Positions 1 to 8,709 of a stretch of 64,000 bases of DNA are shown piece after piece (position 1 is the first letter of the stretch; every line of letters begins with the position of its first letter). This DNA comes from a virus. The position numbers and the translations under genes were made by a program. The DNA lies in IMG/VR virus record IMGVR_UViG_3300033418_000001, positions 32,001-96,000 of that record. One strand, 5' to 3'. The notes under the pieces were generated by a model. That model made no database searches and had not been told where the DNA came from. It was given only the letters and a program-made list of their open reading frames with translations.

Positions 1-923
1 ACCTCCACGATCACCGGGTTGCCGCCGTCCGCCGTGTTCAGACCTTCGAAGCGCATGTACTTCTCCGCAGCGAGTGCCGTCATGGCATCGACGCGGTTCT
101 GCGCGCTGTAGTTGTACACGAAGTCGAGAACGTCGCCGTCCACGCACAGCACCGGGGTGCCGATGGTGATGGTCTTGCCCGCCGTGTTGGTGGCGAGGGT
201 GACCGTCTTGGCCGTGGCGTCGATGGCGGTGACCCGGTGGGCCTTGCTGTTGAGCAGCGCCGCATCCGCACCCGCGAGACCGGTGATCGAGATGTAGCCG
301 CCGACACCGACAGCGAGGACCGACGCCGGGGGCGTGGCAAGCCACGTCAGGACCGTCGTGGCGCCCACCGTGACGCTTGTCGGCGCCGTGATGGTGTTGC
401 CCGTGGTCAGGGACGCGAGGGCGGTGACGCTGCCATCGTTGATCATCACCGAGCCTGCCGCCTCGTTCACCTTGTAGTCGTAGGGCGTGCTGTCGTTGGT
501 GTACGCGGTGAGCGTTTGCGGCGTGCCGCCGTTGCGCTTGACCACCAACGAGGACACGTTGATGTTCTTCAGCGGCGTGACCTTGCCATGGTAGAGCTTG
601 GCCGTTTCGTTGCCGGTGGTGACGTTGCCTGCGGCGACCTCGGTGACGCCACCCGTGAGGGCGTTGGCGAGACCGGTGGACGAGAAGTTCTCGATGGTCA
701 TCTGCAACGAGGACTTCAGTTCCGTGATCAGGCGCAGGTCGGTCGCGCGGTTGCCGGTTTGGGACTCCTTGTGTTCCAGAGTCGTCGCCGCGAGGCCGAG
801 CTTCAGCGCCGAGACGTTGCCCACGGGAATCAGACCCGCAGGCTTGCCCGAGGAATCCCGGGCGCCGATCAGAACGACACCCTGCCCCGAGAAGTAGAAG
901 TTGTTGCCGTCAAAGGTGGACAT
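1..923 (-). CDS. Major tail tube protein (3' end runs off window)
   Basis: My translation from ATG at 923: MSTFDGNNFYFSGQGVVLIGARDSSGKPAGLIPVGNVSALKLG...LEHKESQTGNRATD...YMRFEGLNTADG, a siphovirus tail-tube pattern; AGGAG RBS; open to window edge so absent from the ORF track. Confidence 0.8.
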   Translation of the reverse strand, partial: MSTFDGNNFYFSGQGVVLIGARDSSGKPAGLIPVGNVSALKLGLAATTLEHKESQTGNRATDLRLITELKSSLQMTIENFSSTGLANALTGGVTEVAAGNVTTGNETAKLYHGKVTPLKNINVSSLVVKRNGGTPQTLTAYTNDSTPYDYKVNEAAGSVMINDGSVTALASLTTGNTITAPTSVTVGATTVLTWLATPPASVLAVGVGGYISITGLAGADAALLNSKAHRVTAIDATAKTVTLATNTAGKTITIGTPVLCVDGDVLDFVYNYSAQNRVDAMTALAAEKYMRFEGLNTADGGNPVIVE

Positions 924-954
924 GAAAGCTCCTGTGCTTGGGTGGGGTCAGGGA

Positions 955-1929
955 TTACTGCTTGTTGAGCCAGTGCACGACGAGGGACTTCGACGCGAGG
1001 TTGGTCACCGACTTGATGCCGCCGGTCGCCGTGCCGCCCGCGAGCGTGGCACCCGAGACCGCCACGTTGGTCGAGGCTTCCACCAACGGGTAGATGTTGC
1101 CCTGCGCCGCGTCGAGCGGGTAGATGTGGCACACGTTGGTGATGGCCACGGCCCGCACCCCGAGGTTGCCGCGCTCGCGCTGCGCCTTGTTGATCGCGTT
1201 GGCCATGTACTGCGCCATCAGATCGTTGGTGCCGCCCACCGCCACGTCCGTGACGACGTTGACATCCGGCGTGGTCTTGACCGTGAACACGGTGCCGTTG
1301 ACGGTCAGCGTGTTGGTGTTGACCACCGAGACGGCGGTCGCCGACACGTCGGCGGTGTTGTTGTTCGTGACCGCCATGTTCGCGGAGTTGGTGACCGCCG
1401 GGGCGTTGCCCGCGCCGTCCATCACCGCCGTGATCGTGACCACGCCCGCATTCGCGGAAGCGACGACGAGCGGCGTGTTCTGGTACGAGCCGGTGTAGCG
1501 GTTCTCGTAGGCGTTGATCGCCGTGGCGAGCGCGAGGGCCATGGCGGTGTTGTCGCCCGCCGTGATCTTGACGTGGGTGAGGTCGGTCAGGTTGCCCGCC
1601 GCCTTCCACGTGTAGACCACGCCACCCACCGTCACGGTTTCGTCCGCGACCGGGTTGCCCGAGATGGTGATCGTGCCCGACGCCTTGGTGGACTGGATCG
1701 TGCAGTTGGCCACGTCGTTCGCCCACGCGCCGCCCGCATCCGTACCGACGATGACGGCGAGCAGCGTGTCTTCCGCCCGCATCGCCGCGATGTCCATCTT
1801 GGTACCCGCCGCCGCGCCTGCGACGTAGGAGATGGTGTAGCCCGAGAGTTCGCGGACGATCTTGGGGAGTTGGTCAACGGCGCCCGAACCACCCTTCATC
1901 AGTTGGGACGAAACGACTTCCTTGGTCAT
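955..1929 (-). CDS. Virion structural protein (Thr/Asn/Val-rich, beta-rich)
   Basis: 324 aa between tail terminator and tail tube; AGGAG RBS; internally repeated TxTVxGxVxTxK segments. Confidence 0.6.
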   Translation of the reverse strand: MTKEVVSSQLMKGGSGAVDQLPKIVRELSGYTISYVAGAAAGTKMDIAAMRAEDTLLAVIVGTDAGGAWANDVANCTIQSTKASGTITISGNPVADETVTVGGVVYTWKAAGNLTDLTHVKITAGDNTAMALALATAINAYENRYTGSYQNTPLVVASANAGVVTITAVMDGAGNAPAVTNSANMAVTNNNTADVSATAVSVVNTNTLTVNGTVFTVKTTPDVNVVTDVAVGGTNDLMAQYMANAINKAQRERGNLGVRAVAITNVCHIYPLDAAQGNIYPLVEASTNVAVSGATLAGGTATGGIKSVTNLASKSLVVHWLNKQ

Positions 1930-1981
1930 GGTGAAACTCCTGTGTGTTGGTCAGGTGGTCGGGTCAGGGGACCGCACGTGC

Positions 1982-2008
1982 ACTGTCGCACACGGGGGTG
2001 CCACCTAA
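1982..2008 (-). promoter_or_regulatory. Putative late promoter (TTAGGT-N15-GACAGT)
   Basis: Matches motif shared upstream of scaffold, portal, zeta polyprotein and spanin genes. Confidence 0.4.
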
Positions 2009-2031
2009 CAAAAACTTCCGAACGTCTTAGC

Positions 2032-2047
2032 GTGCAGATGTCTGCAA
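2032..2047. repeat. 16-bp palindrome copy 1 (intergenic)
   Basis: GTGCAGATGTCTGCAA. Confidence 0.95.
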
Positions 2048-2052
2048 ACGCT

Positions 2053-2388
2053 TCAGGCTTGCACCCACTTGCCTTCGCGGATGAAGCCATGGTCCCCCGT
2101 CTCGCGGCACAGGATCGACGGGGAGAGCGTCAACGGCTCCCACGACTCCACCTGCCACCGTGCCCCGGCGAGTGCCCCCGGGATGGCCCGGGTCTCGGGC
2201 AGATCGAACCACATGGCCCCGATGGTGCGCCACTCGCCGTCGATCTGCTTCCACAGGGTAGCCCCCGCGCGCAGCACATCAGGAACTCCGGCATAGCGTT
2301 CCGCGTTCGAAGGGATGTCGCGGTCGGGCGACCATTGGAACCACCGCAGTTGGTAGCCGCTGCCCAGATCGAGGTCGAAGGTGTCCAT
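2053..2388 (-). CDS. DUF6527-like hypothetical protein
   Basis: C-terminal PLTLSPSILC..GDHGFIREGKW motif; probable start MDTFDL. Confidence 0.55.
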   Translation of the reverse strand: MDTFDLDLGSGYQLRWFQWSPDRDIPSNAERYAGVPDVLRAGATLWKQIDGEWRTIGAMWFDLPETRAIPGALAGARWQVESWEPLTLSPSILCRETGDHGFIREGKWVQA

Positions 2389-2390
2389 GC

Positions 2391-2819
2391 TCAAGACGTG
2401 AGGATGATGGCCGTGGCCCACTGCTGCCGGTAGACGACAGCGTTGCCGATGGTCCCGGCGGGGCGCTCGCTGACGAAGCGCCACTTGTGGAACGAGGGGG
2501 AGGTCTGCAACCTGATCTGCTTGCGCGTCTCATCGAGGAGACGGGCCGCTTCGTTCTTTTGGTCGAGTCCACCAATGGCGTCGTTGGCGATGATGACCAA
2601 CACCGTGCAGGTCAGGTCCGCAGCCATGCCCTGACGCGAAGGGTCGAGCGAGTTGGCCGCGATACCACCGTAGACCACGCCCGCCATCGGGAACTTGGCA
2701 CCTTTCAGGGCAGCAATTAAGTCCTGCTCCGAGAGAACGCTGACGGTTTTCTCCGCGAACTCGGTTACTCGCATCACGCGAGTCATCAGGTCTTCCCAAC
2801 AGGCCACGGCGGTCGTCAT
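2391..2819 (-). CDS. Putative tail terminator/completion protein
   Basis: 142 aa; position between virion morphogenesis gene and tail tube. Confidence 0.55.
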   Translation of the reverse strand: MTTAVACWEDLMTRVMRVTEFAEKTVSVLSEQDLIAALKGAKFPMAGVVYGGIAANSLDPSRQGMAADLTCTVLVIIANDAIGGLDQKNEAARLLDETRKQIRLQTSPSFHKWRFVSERPAGTIGNAVVYRQQWATAIILTS

Positions 2820-2954
2820 AGTTGTCGATGCTCCTCAGACTGTTGACGATGGTAGGCCATGTCGTCGTACTGTGGTAGGCGTCACGGTTGCCGTACTCGT
2901 TCCACGTCCCCGAGGTGTCAGTCCACCCATGCAGGTGGAAGGTCGCCATGCCCA

Positions 2955-3410
2955 TCAGGCCAACCCCAGTGCCTCAGCCACGCGCTGCATCACGCGGGCT
3001 TCGAACAGTTCGATGTCGCTCTCCACCACGCCCAAGAACTCGCGCACCGGCAGGAACTTGGTGCCGTACTGGTGGAACTTGCCGTACTCCACGCCCTTCT
3101 CGTTCTCAGCCCCGGCCCTGATGGTGCGCTCGCCCGCCGGGTTGTCGTCGGTGAGTTGGATCGAGCGCCACAGCGTGCCGGTGTCGAAGAGGGTGCCCGT
3201 ACCGCCACCGCGTCGCCGCTTGATCGCTGCCTCGGAGGGAGGCCAGTGCTTGCCCTCGGGGTTCTTCTCCTCAAGGTAGCGCGCCCGGGTGTTGTTGAGG
3301 ATGATGCTCGCCGCCATGTCCAACACTTCTTCCACATCGAGAGCTTGATGCACGGTGTCCAACACCTGTTGGAGTTGGCCCGCGTCAATCTCGATGACAA
3401 GCGAAGTCAT
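2955..3410 (-). CDS. Phage virion morphogenesis / tail completion protein (Mu gpG-like)
   Basis: PEGKHWPPS...TLFDTGTLWRSI...YGKFHQYGT...PVREFLG motifs; start MTSLVIE. Confidence 0.8.
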   Translation of the reverse strand: MTSLVIEIDAGQLQQVLDTVHQALDVEEVLDMAASIILNNTRARYLEEKNPEGKHWPPSEAAIKRRRGGGTGTLFDTGTLWRSIQLTDDNPAGERTIRAGAENEKGVEYGKFHQYGTKFLPVREFLGVVESDIELFEARVMQRVAEALGLA

Positions 3411-4027
3411 GCGGCGTAGGGGGCGTAGCTGAAGGGCTGATTGCGAAGGTAGGGTTCCACGATCTTGGCGGTGACGTGCCACGCCATCTTCTGCGCTTCA
3501 TTGGCCGCGTTCATCACCGCCGAGTCCTGCGCGCCCGAGGGCTGCATCATCAGGTGCGGCAGGTAGGACAGCACGGCTTCCTGCAACCAGATCGGCGCCT
3601 TGTGCGTGCTGTCGAAGCCTGCGGTGTAGCCGACGTTGAGCCATGCCCCGAGGTGCGTCGATTCGATGTGCACGATGCCGCGCGTGGTGTCCACGAAGTA
3701 GTCGTCCGCCGACACCACCTCCGGCTCCGTTTGCAGCAGCGACCGGGAGATGGCGTTCTTGGTGACCACCAAGGGCACGTCGAGATGCACGAAGGCTTGG
3801 TTCAGGCGCAGCTTGAGCAGGCCATCCATGGGCTTCGGGAACAGCCCCTCCTGCGTGTAGAACAGGTCGGTGCGTGGCGTGGGTTCGAAGACCGTGTGCA
3901 GCATCCCCTGCAACACCACGTGCGCCGCGTTCAGCACCGAATCTACGGAGGCACGGACCTCAGCGATGTCTTGCAACGCCATGCGGGTAATCACGGCGTC
4001 GGTGTCGATGATCAGCTTGAGAGCCAT
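3407..4027 (-). CDS. Head-tail connector/adaptor protein
   Basis: DYFVDTTRGIV...VGYTAGF...PIWLQEAVL resembles gp6-like adaptors; position after capsid. Confidence 0.65.
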   Translation of the reverse strand: MALKLIIDTDAVITRMALQDIAEVRASVDSVLNAAHVVLQGMLHTVFEPTPRTDLFYTQEGLFPKPMDGLLKLRLNQAFVHLDVPLVVTKNAISRSLLQTEPEVVSADDYFVDTTRGIVHIESTHLGAWLNVGYTAGFDSTHKAPIWLQEAVLSYLPHLMMQPSGAQDSAVMNAANEAQKMAWHVTAKIVEPYLRNQPFSYAPYAA

Positions 4028-4041
4028 GCCCCCTCCTCAGT

Positions 4042-4057
4042 GTGCAGATGTCTGCAC
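4042..4057. repeat. 16-bp palindrome copy 2 (intergenic)
   Basis: GTGCAGATGTCTGCAC. Confidence 0.95.
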
Positions 4058-4059
4058 GT

Positions 4060-4485
4060 TCAGACCGTCACGCCCACGTCGTCGCCCTTGGCATCCTTGA
4101 GCCGCATGGCCCCGGTGTCGAGTTCGTCATCGTCGTTGGGATCGAGAGCGTCGTGCTGCTCTGCCGGGACACCACCACGGTCCTGCGTCGTCTTGGCGGT
4201 GTTGTCGGGCTTCTCGTCGGTGACCTCGGCATCGGTCTGCTTGAAGAAGCGGCGTCCCCAGTCGTCCGCGTAGGACAGGAAGCGACCGAGTTGGTCGCGG
4301 GGGATGGCGTACACCTTGGGGTTGCCTTCGCTGTCGCGCGAGTAGAAGACCTCCCGCTCCGGCGTCACGTAGGTGCTGCACCCGTTGACGAGACGGATGC
4401 GAACGTCGGGAGTCGGTTCCGGCTTGGCGGCGGCTTCCACCGGCTCCACCGTCACCTTGGGCGCTGTCGATTTGGTCACTGCCAT
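4060..4485 (-). CDS. Hypothetical protein in head module
   Basis: 141 aa with GAGGAG RBS, directly after capsid terminator. Confidence 0.6.
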   Translation of the reverse strand: MAVTKSTAPKVTVEPVEAAAKPEPTPDVRIRLVNGCSTYVTPEREVFYSRDSEGNPKVYAIPRDQLGRFLSYADDWGRRFFKQTDAEVTDEKPDNTAKTTQDRGGVPAEQHDALDPNDDDELDTGAMRLKDAKGDDVGVTV

Positions 4486-4515
4486 GTCGTGTTCTCCTCG
4501 TTTCCGGTCTGGGAA

Positions 4516-4548
4516 GAAAAAAAGCCCCCACCGCGAGGCAGGGGCTTC
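4516..4548 (-). terminator. Rho-independent terminator after major capsid gene
   Basis: GAAGCCCCTGCCTCGCGGTGGGGGCTTTTTTT on minus strand. Confidence 0.85.
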
Positions 4549-4591
4549 AGTTTCACACGGACCCAGACAGGGGTCAACTTCCGGCGGCGGC

Positions 4592-5527
4592 TTAACCGAT
4601 GTTGCTGTAGGTCACCACGGCATCGGTTTCCTCGATGGCGTTGGCGATCCGGCAGGTCAGCACGATGATGTAGACGCGCGAGCGGATGTCCTTGTCGAAC
4701 TCGATGGTGACCTTCCGTTGGATGCCGAAGATCAGGTTCATCGGGTCGCAGAACAGGCCGCGAGCGGCGGGCATCAGCGGCACGCCTTGGAGTTGCGAAC
4801 CCCATGCGTAGACCGGCCCGGTGCCTTGGAGCATCGAGTCGCCGAGCGCCGTCTGCCGGTTGGCATACGTGTCACGGTACTCGGTGTCGTTGTCCACCGA
4901 AACGAAGTGGGTCAGGCGACCACGGTTGCGGAGGTACTTGTCGGGCATCGCCTTCACGCCCGCCTTCAGCACGTCCTTGGAGATGGTCGCGCCACCCGCG
5001 TTGACGACGTGGGCCGTCGCCTGCTTCAGGTAGCCGTCCATCATGGCAAGGTACGCATCGCCGGAGGTGCTGTCGCCGAGCAGGAGCAGTTCTTCCAGAT
5101 CGAGCGCCGCACGTTCCGCGATGAGTTGCGTGATGGTCTCCATCAGGCCACCACCGGACTCGCCCATCGAGGCGTTGATGCTGCCGCGCTCGATGTTGTC
5201 TTCCATCACGTCGTAGGGAATCCAGACTTCCGCGATGGCTTCCTTGGTCGTCAGGGTGATCTGCGACAGGTCGGGCTTGCTGCGCTTGTTGGACGCGAGC
5301 GCCGTCGCCGAAGTGGCGGCGTTCATGATCCGCGAGCCGAAGCCGATCTTGTTGATCTTCCGCGTCGGCGCGTTCATCGTGACCACGCGGGCCGCGTTGA
5401 GGATCGTCGGGCTGTCGATCAGGGTACGGATGAAGGTGTCGGTCATCTCGGGGTTGAGAAGACCACCGTTGTTCGTCAGGTCGGACAGCGCGATGTCCGC
5501 CTTCTGAAGCAGTGCTTGATTGTCCAT
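4592..5527 (-). CDS. Major capsid protein (HK97 fold)
   Basis: 311 aa; GGLLNPE..DTFI, ERAALDLEELLLLGD, PMNLIFGIQRKVTIE; follows scaffold, followed by terminator. Confidence 0.9.
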   Translation of the reverse strand: MDNQALLQKADIALSDLTNNGGLLNPEMTDTFIRTLIDSPTILNAARVVTMNAPTRKINKIGFGSRIMNAATSATALASNKRSKPDLSQITLTTKEAIAEVWIPYDVMEDNIERGSINASMGESGGGLMETITQLIAERAALDLEELLLLGDSTSGDAYLAMMDGYLKQATAHVVNAGGATISKDVLKAGVKAMPDKYLRNRGRLTHFVSVDNDTEYRDTYANRQTALGDSMLQGTGPVYAWGSQLQGVPLMPAARGLFCDPMNLIFGIQRKVTIEFDKDIRSRVYIIVLTCRIANAIEETDAVVTYSNIG

Positions 5528-5564
5528 GGTGCTTTTGCTCCTGTCAGGGAAGTGGAGTGCGCTG

Positions 5565-7163
5565 TTACCGGCGCACAGCGGAAGCCGCAGCTTGCCGCTG
5601 CGCGTAAGACTTCTGTACCCGCACGTCCTTCTGGAAGGCCGTGTCGATGATGCCGAGGGATTCTTGCTTCTTCACCGGGGTGGCCGGTTGGCGGTCGTCG
5701 GCGGGGACGCCGCCGATCATGGTGCCGTTGGCCACGACGGCGGCAGTGGTCTCGGCCTTTTGGGCCGTCGCCTTGACGCTCGCCACTTCCGTGGCCAGAT
5801 CGCCAACGCTCTTCGTGATGAGCGCCATGTTCGCGGCCATCTCGGTGAGCATCTTCTGCACGTTCGCATCCATGGCCGGGATCGTAACAGCCGCGTCACC
5901 TTCCTGAGATGCGTCGTCCTTCTTCGCCGGGAAGGGCTTCTTCGGCGCAGCCGCCGGGGCCGCAGCCGCCGGAGCAGCGGCGGGCATCGCCTTGGCCGGT
6001 GCATTCGGGTCCGCCGGGACCGAGGGCGCCGCGTTGGCATCGGCGGCGGGCGCTGCCGCAGCCGGGGCCGAACCTTGGGCCGCAGCGTTCACCGTGGCCT
6101 TCTCGTCGGGCGTCATCTTGGTCCATGCGTCTTCGTCCACGCCCTCGGGCGCTTCGCTGCCATCGTCGCCTTCTTCCGCCGGGGGCATGGCGGCAGCGGC
6201 GGGCGCGGCGGGGGCCGCAGCGGCAGCAGGCGCAGCCGGAGCAGCAGCGGCAGGCGCCGGGGCGGCGGCAGCGGGCTTCTTCGGCGGGAACGCCTTCAGC
6301 AGCAGTTCCATGCGGCTCGCGTCGGCCTTCAGCACCTTGCCTTCACCACCGCACGCCTTGCACCCCTTGGTCTCGCACATCGGGCAGTCCACCGGGGCTT
6401 CGGCCTCGGCCTTGGCCACTGCCGCAGCGTCGAGCGCCGCCTGCGCGGCCATCTTGCGCTTCTTGCACGCCTTGGCCACGATGGCTTCGGCCTTGAACGC
6501 CACCTCGGGCAGAGCCTTGGTCAGGCGGTCCACGTAGCCGGTCAGGCGCGTGGCCTCCACCGCCGTCTGCATCGGGTCGGCGTCGGACTTGAGCGCCACT
6601 TCCGCGCCGTCGAGAGCTTCCGTGCGCGACGGCAGGAAGCCCATCTCCTCGTACAGCGATTCGAACGGCGTGCCCTTGACGATGGTCTCGGCGTCGAGGC
6701 CGGTCACCAGTGCGAGCATCCCGTCGTTCATCTTGACCACGACGGCATCCCCCGGCTCCGTGTCGCCTTGGGCGAACAGCACGGTCTCGTCATCGTTCTC
6801 GATGGCGTTGTCGGTGGTCACGCCGATGGCGGCAAGTTCCGCCTTGTCTTCGTCGGTGAGGTCGCCCTTCTCCACGACGATGCCCGCGAGCAGCACGGGC
6901 GCCGGGTCGGCGGGCTTCACTTCGGCGTCCTTGGCGACGATGACCTGACCACGCGATTGACGCGGCGTGTCGCCATCGGCCTTGAGGACGTTGCGGATGT
7001 CGCTCAGGTCGAGCTTGCCGCCGAGGTTGATCATGTCGGACTCCTGTTGGGGATGTTGCTTGACGATCTTGAAGGGGAGGCGATTGGCGCCGCGCGTCAC
7101 CAGACTGATGAACTCAGCGGTGCCGTTCTCCAACTTGTTCACTTCCAACTTGACGCGGGCCAT
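5565..7163 (-). CDS. Capsid scaffolding protein with N-terminal protease-like segment and Pro/Ala-rich linker
   Basis: Directly upstream of MCP; N-term EFISLVTRGANRLPFKIVK; CxxC-x3-CxxC; PAAA tracts; C-terminal coiled coil. Confidence 0.7.
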   Translation of the reverse strand: MARVKLEVNKLENGTAEFISLVTRGANRLPFKIVKQHPQQESDMINLGGKLDLSDIRNVLKADGDTPRQSRGQVIVAKDAEVKPADPAPVLLAGIVVEKGDLTDEDKAELAAIGVTTDNAIENDDETVLFAQGDTEPGDAVVVKMNDGMLALVTGLDAETIVKGTPFESLYEEMGFLPSRTEALDGAEVALKSDADPMQTAVEATRLTGYVDRLTKALPEVAFKAEAIVAKACKKRKMAAQAALDAAAVAKAEAEAPVDCPMCETKGCKACGGEGKVLKADASRMELLLKAFPPKKPAAAAPAPAAAAPAAPAAAAAPAAPAAAAMPPAEEGDDGSEAPEGVDEDAWTKMTPDEKATVNAAAQGSAPAAAAPAADANAAPSVPADPNAPAKAMPAAAPAAAAPAAAPKKPFPAKKDDASQEGDAAVTIPAMDANVQKMLTEMAANMALITKSVGDLATEVASVKATAQKAETTAAVVANGTMIGGVPADDRQPATPVKKQESLGIIDTAFQKDVRVQKSYAQRQAAASAVRR

Positions 7164-7185
7164 GGATTTCCTCAGCAGTGGGGCC

Positions 7186-7211
7186 ACTGTAGCAACGTGG
7201 CCCGCACCTGA
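7186..7211 (-). promoter_or_regulatory. Putative late promoter (TCAGGT-N14-TACAGT)
   Basis: Shared motif upstream of scaffold/capsid genes. Confidence 0.5.
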
Positions 7212-7215
7212 CAAC

Positions 7216-7231
7216 GTGCAGACATCTGCAA
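7216..7231. repeat. 16-bp palindrome copy 3 (intergenic)
   Basis: GTGCAGACATCTGCAA. Confidence 0.95.
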
Positions 7232-7233
7232 AA

Positions 7234-8709
7234 TCATCCGAACAAGTTGCGCTTCAGCACCATGAGCAGGTCGCCCTTGCGGGTGATCAGCTTGGCGATG
7301 AGGCGCACGCGCTTGGTTATCGGATCGAGGAACTTGGTGGTGCCGGTGTTGATCAGTTCGTCGGGCGTGGTGTGGTAGGTCTCGGTCAGCTTCTTGTACT
7401 GGCGCTGCCCCAGATCGAGAACCTTGGCCAAGCCCTCGTTGGCCTTGCCGCGCTCCATGGTCACTTCGACCGCGCCTTCCTTCTCGTTCCACGACACACC
7501 CTTGTACTGCGACCCCACCATGCCGAGCGTGAACTTGGGCAGCACGCCCGACACCTCGGACACCGCGCTGCTGTACGCGGCCTTCAGTTGCGGTGTGAGG
7601 TGGTCGGCCTTGTCGATGTTGGCCCGCATCAGTTCCTTGGCGCTGCCCACGTCGATCTTGCCCGCGCCGAGCTTGACCAACACCTCGATGTTGCCCGGGA
7701 CGTGGCGCAGCATGGGCGGCATCTTCTCCTTGTGGAACAGGGCGAAGTTGTCCGCCGTGCTGAAGGCGGAAATCTCGGGCCTGCGCTCCCAGTCCACAGC
7801 GGGCGAGTCGTGGGCGCCGATCATGTTCGATGCGAGCGTCACCCAGTCCTTGCCCATGCTCTTCTCCAACGTCGGGGCAAGGTGTTCGTTGAAGTATTGC
7901 TGCGACCACCGGGGGTGATCGTTGTCGAGGAAGTTGCGCGCCGGGGGCGTGAGGTAGCCCATGTCGTGCGTCGCCGCGACCACGCTCATCAGCAGGCGGT
8001 TGCCCGGGGTGTTCACGTTCATGGGCAGCACACCGAGGATTTCCTTGGCCATCAGGGCGTCCTGCCGCAGGTGGAAGCTGCCGTGGTCACCGAGCGTGCG
8101 CGATGCGGCCTCGTAGTCCTGCGCGATCACCATGCGGGCCAGTGCGTGTTGCAAGTGGCCTGCGTCCTCTGCCGACATGCCTGCGGCGAGCGCATCCACG
8201 TGCGCTGCGCCCACCAGTTCCTTGATCGCCTGTTGGTTGTCGGGCGGCAGGATGTGCGCGTAGCCCTTCACGTAGTCGTCCAACGTGGTGAAGGGCTTGT
8301 CGGGGCCGAGCAGTTCGTTCATGCGCGCGGGCACCGTGTTGCGCGGGTCAGCCAAGCCGTCCCGATGCTCGCGGGTCAGCTTGTTGAAGGCCGGGTTGCG
8401 CTCCATGATGTCCATCTTGCTGAAGTCGTCCATGGTGGCAGGGCCACCGGGCGCCGCAGTGAACTGCCCGCCGATCTGCGTGCCCTTCGGCTCCCTCGGG
8501 TGCGCTTGCTCGTTCCACCCTTCGGCCTTCTGCGTGCCCATGGGGATGCGCTGCGCCTCGGGCAGGTAGCCGTTGATCAGCCGCTTCATGGACTCGGGCA
8601 CCGCCTCCATGCTCTCGATGCCGCGACACTCGCCCACCAGTGGCCACGCCACCTCGGGTGGCATGTTGGGCGCCGCGACGCGCAGGTACGCACGCAGTTC
8701 AGGGTTCAT
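7234..8709 (-). CDS. Tagged putative virion cargo protein with HD phosphohydrolase domain
   Basis: Tag QKAEGWNEQAHPREPKGTQIGGQFT; DHGSFH...ATHDMGY...DHPRWS...AHD...AD HD-type motifs. Confidence 0.65.
   Translation of the reverse strand: MNPELRAYLRVAAPNMPPEVAWPLVGECRGIESMEAVPESMKRLINGYLPEAQRIPMGTQKAEGWNEQAHPREPKGTQIGGQFTAAPGGPATMDDFSKMDIMERNPAFNKLTREHRDGLADPRNTVPARMNELLGPDKPFTTLDDYVKGYAHILPPDNQQAIKELVGAAHVDALAAGMSAEDAGHLQHALARMVIAQDYEAASRTLGDHGSFHLRQDALMAKEILGVLPMNVNTPGNRLLMSVVAATHDMGYLTPPARNFLDNDHPRWSQQYFNEHLAPTLEKSMGKDWVTLASNMIGAHDSPAVDWERRPEISAFSTADNFALFHKEKMPPMLRHVPGNIEVLVKLGAGKIDVGSAKELMRANIDKADHLTPQLKAAYSSAVSEVSGVLPKFTLGMVGSQYKGVSWNEKEGAVEVTMERGKANEGLAKVLDLGQRQYKKLTETYHTTPDELINTGTTKFLDPITKRVRLIAKLITRKGDLLMVLKRNLFG

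Noticed and set aside
2530-2955. 141-aa minus ORF overlapping the tail terminator gene
   Set aside because: Only the first ~45 codons are non-overlapping and the rest looks like off-frame sequence; cannot support as a gene or frameshift
5930-6280. Pro/Ala repeats in scaffold as a DNA repeat element
   Set aside because: Degenerate at DNA level; an ordinary low-complexity protein linker
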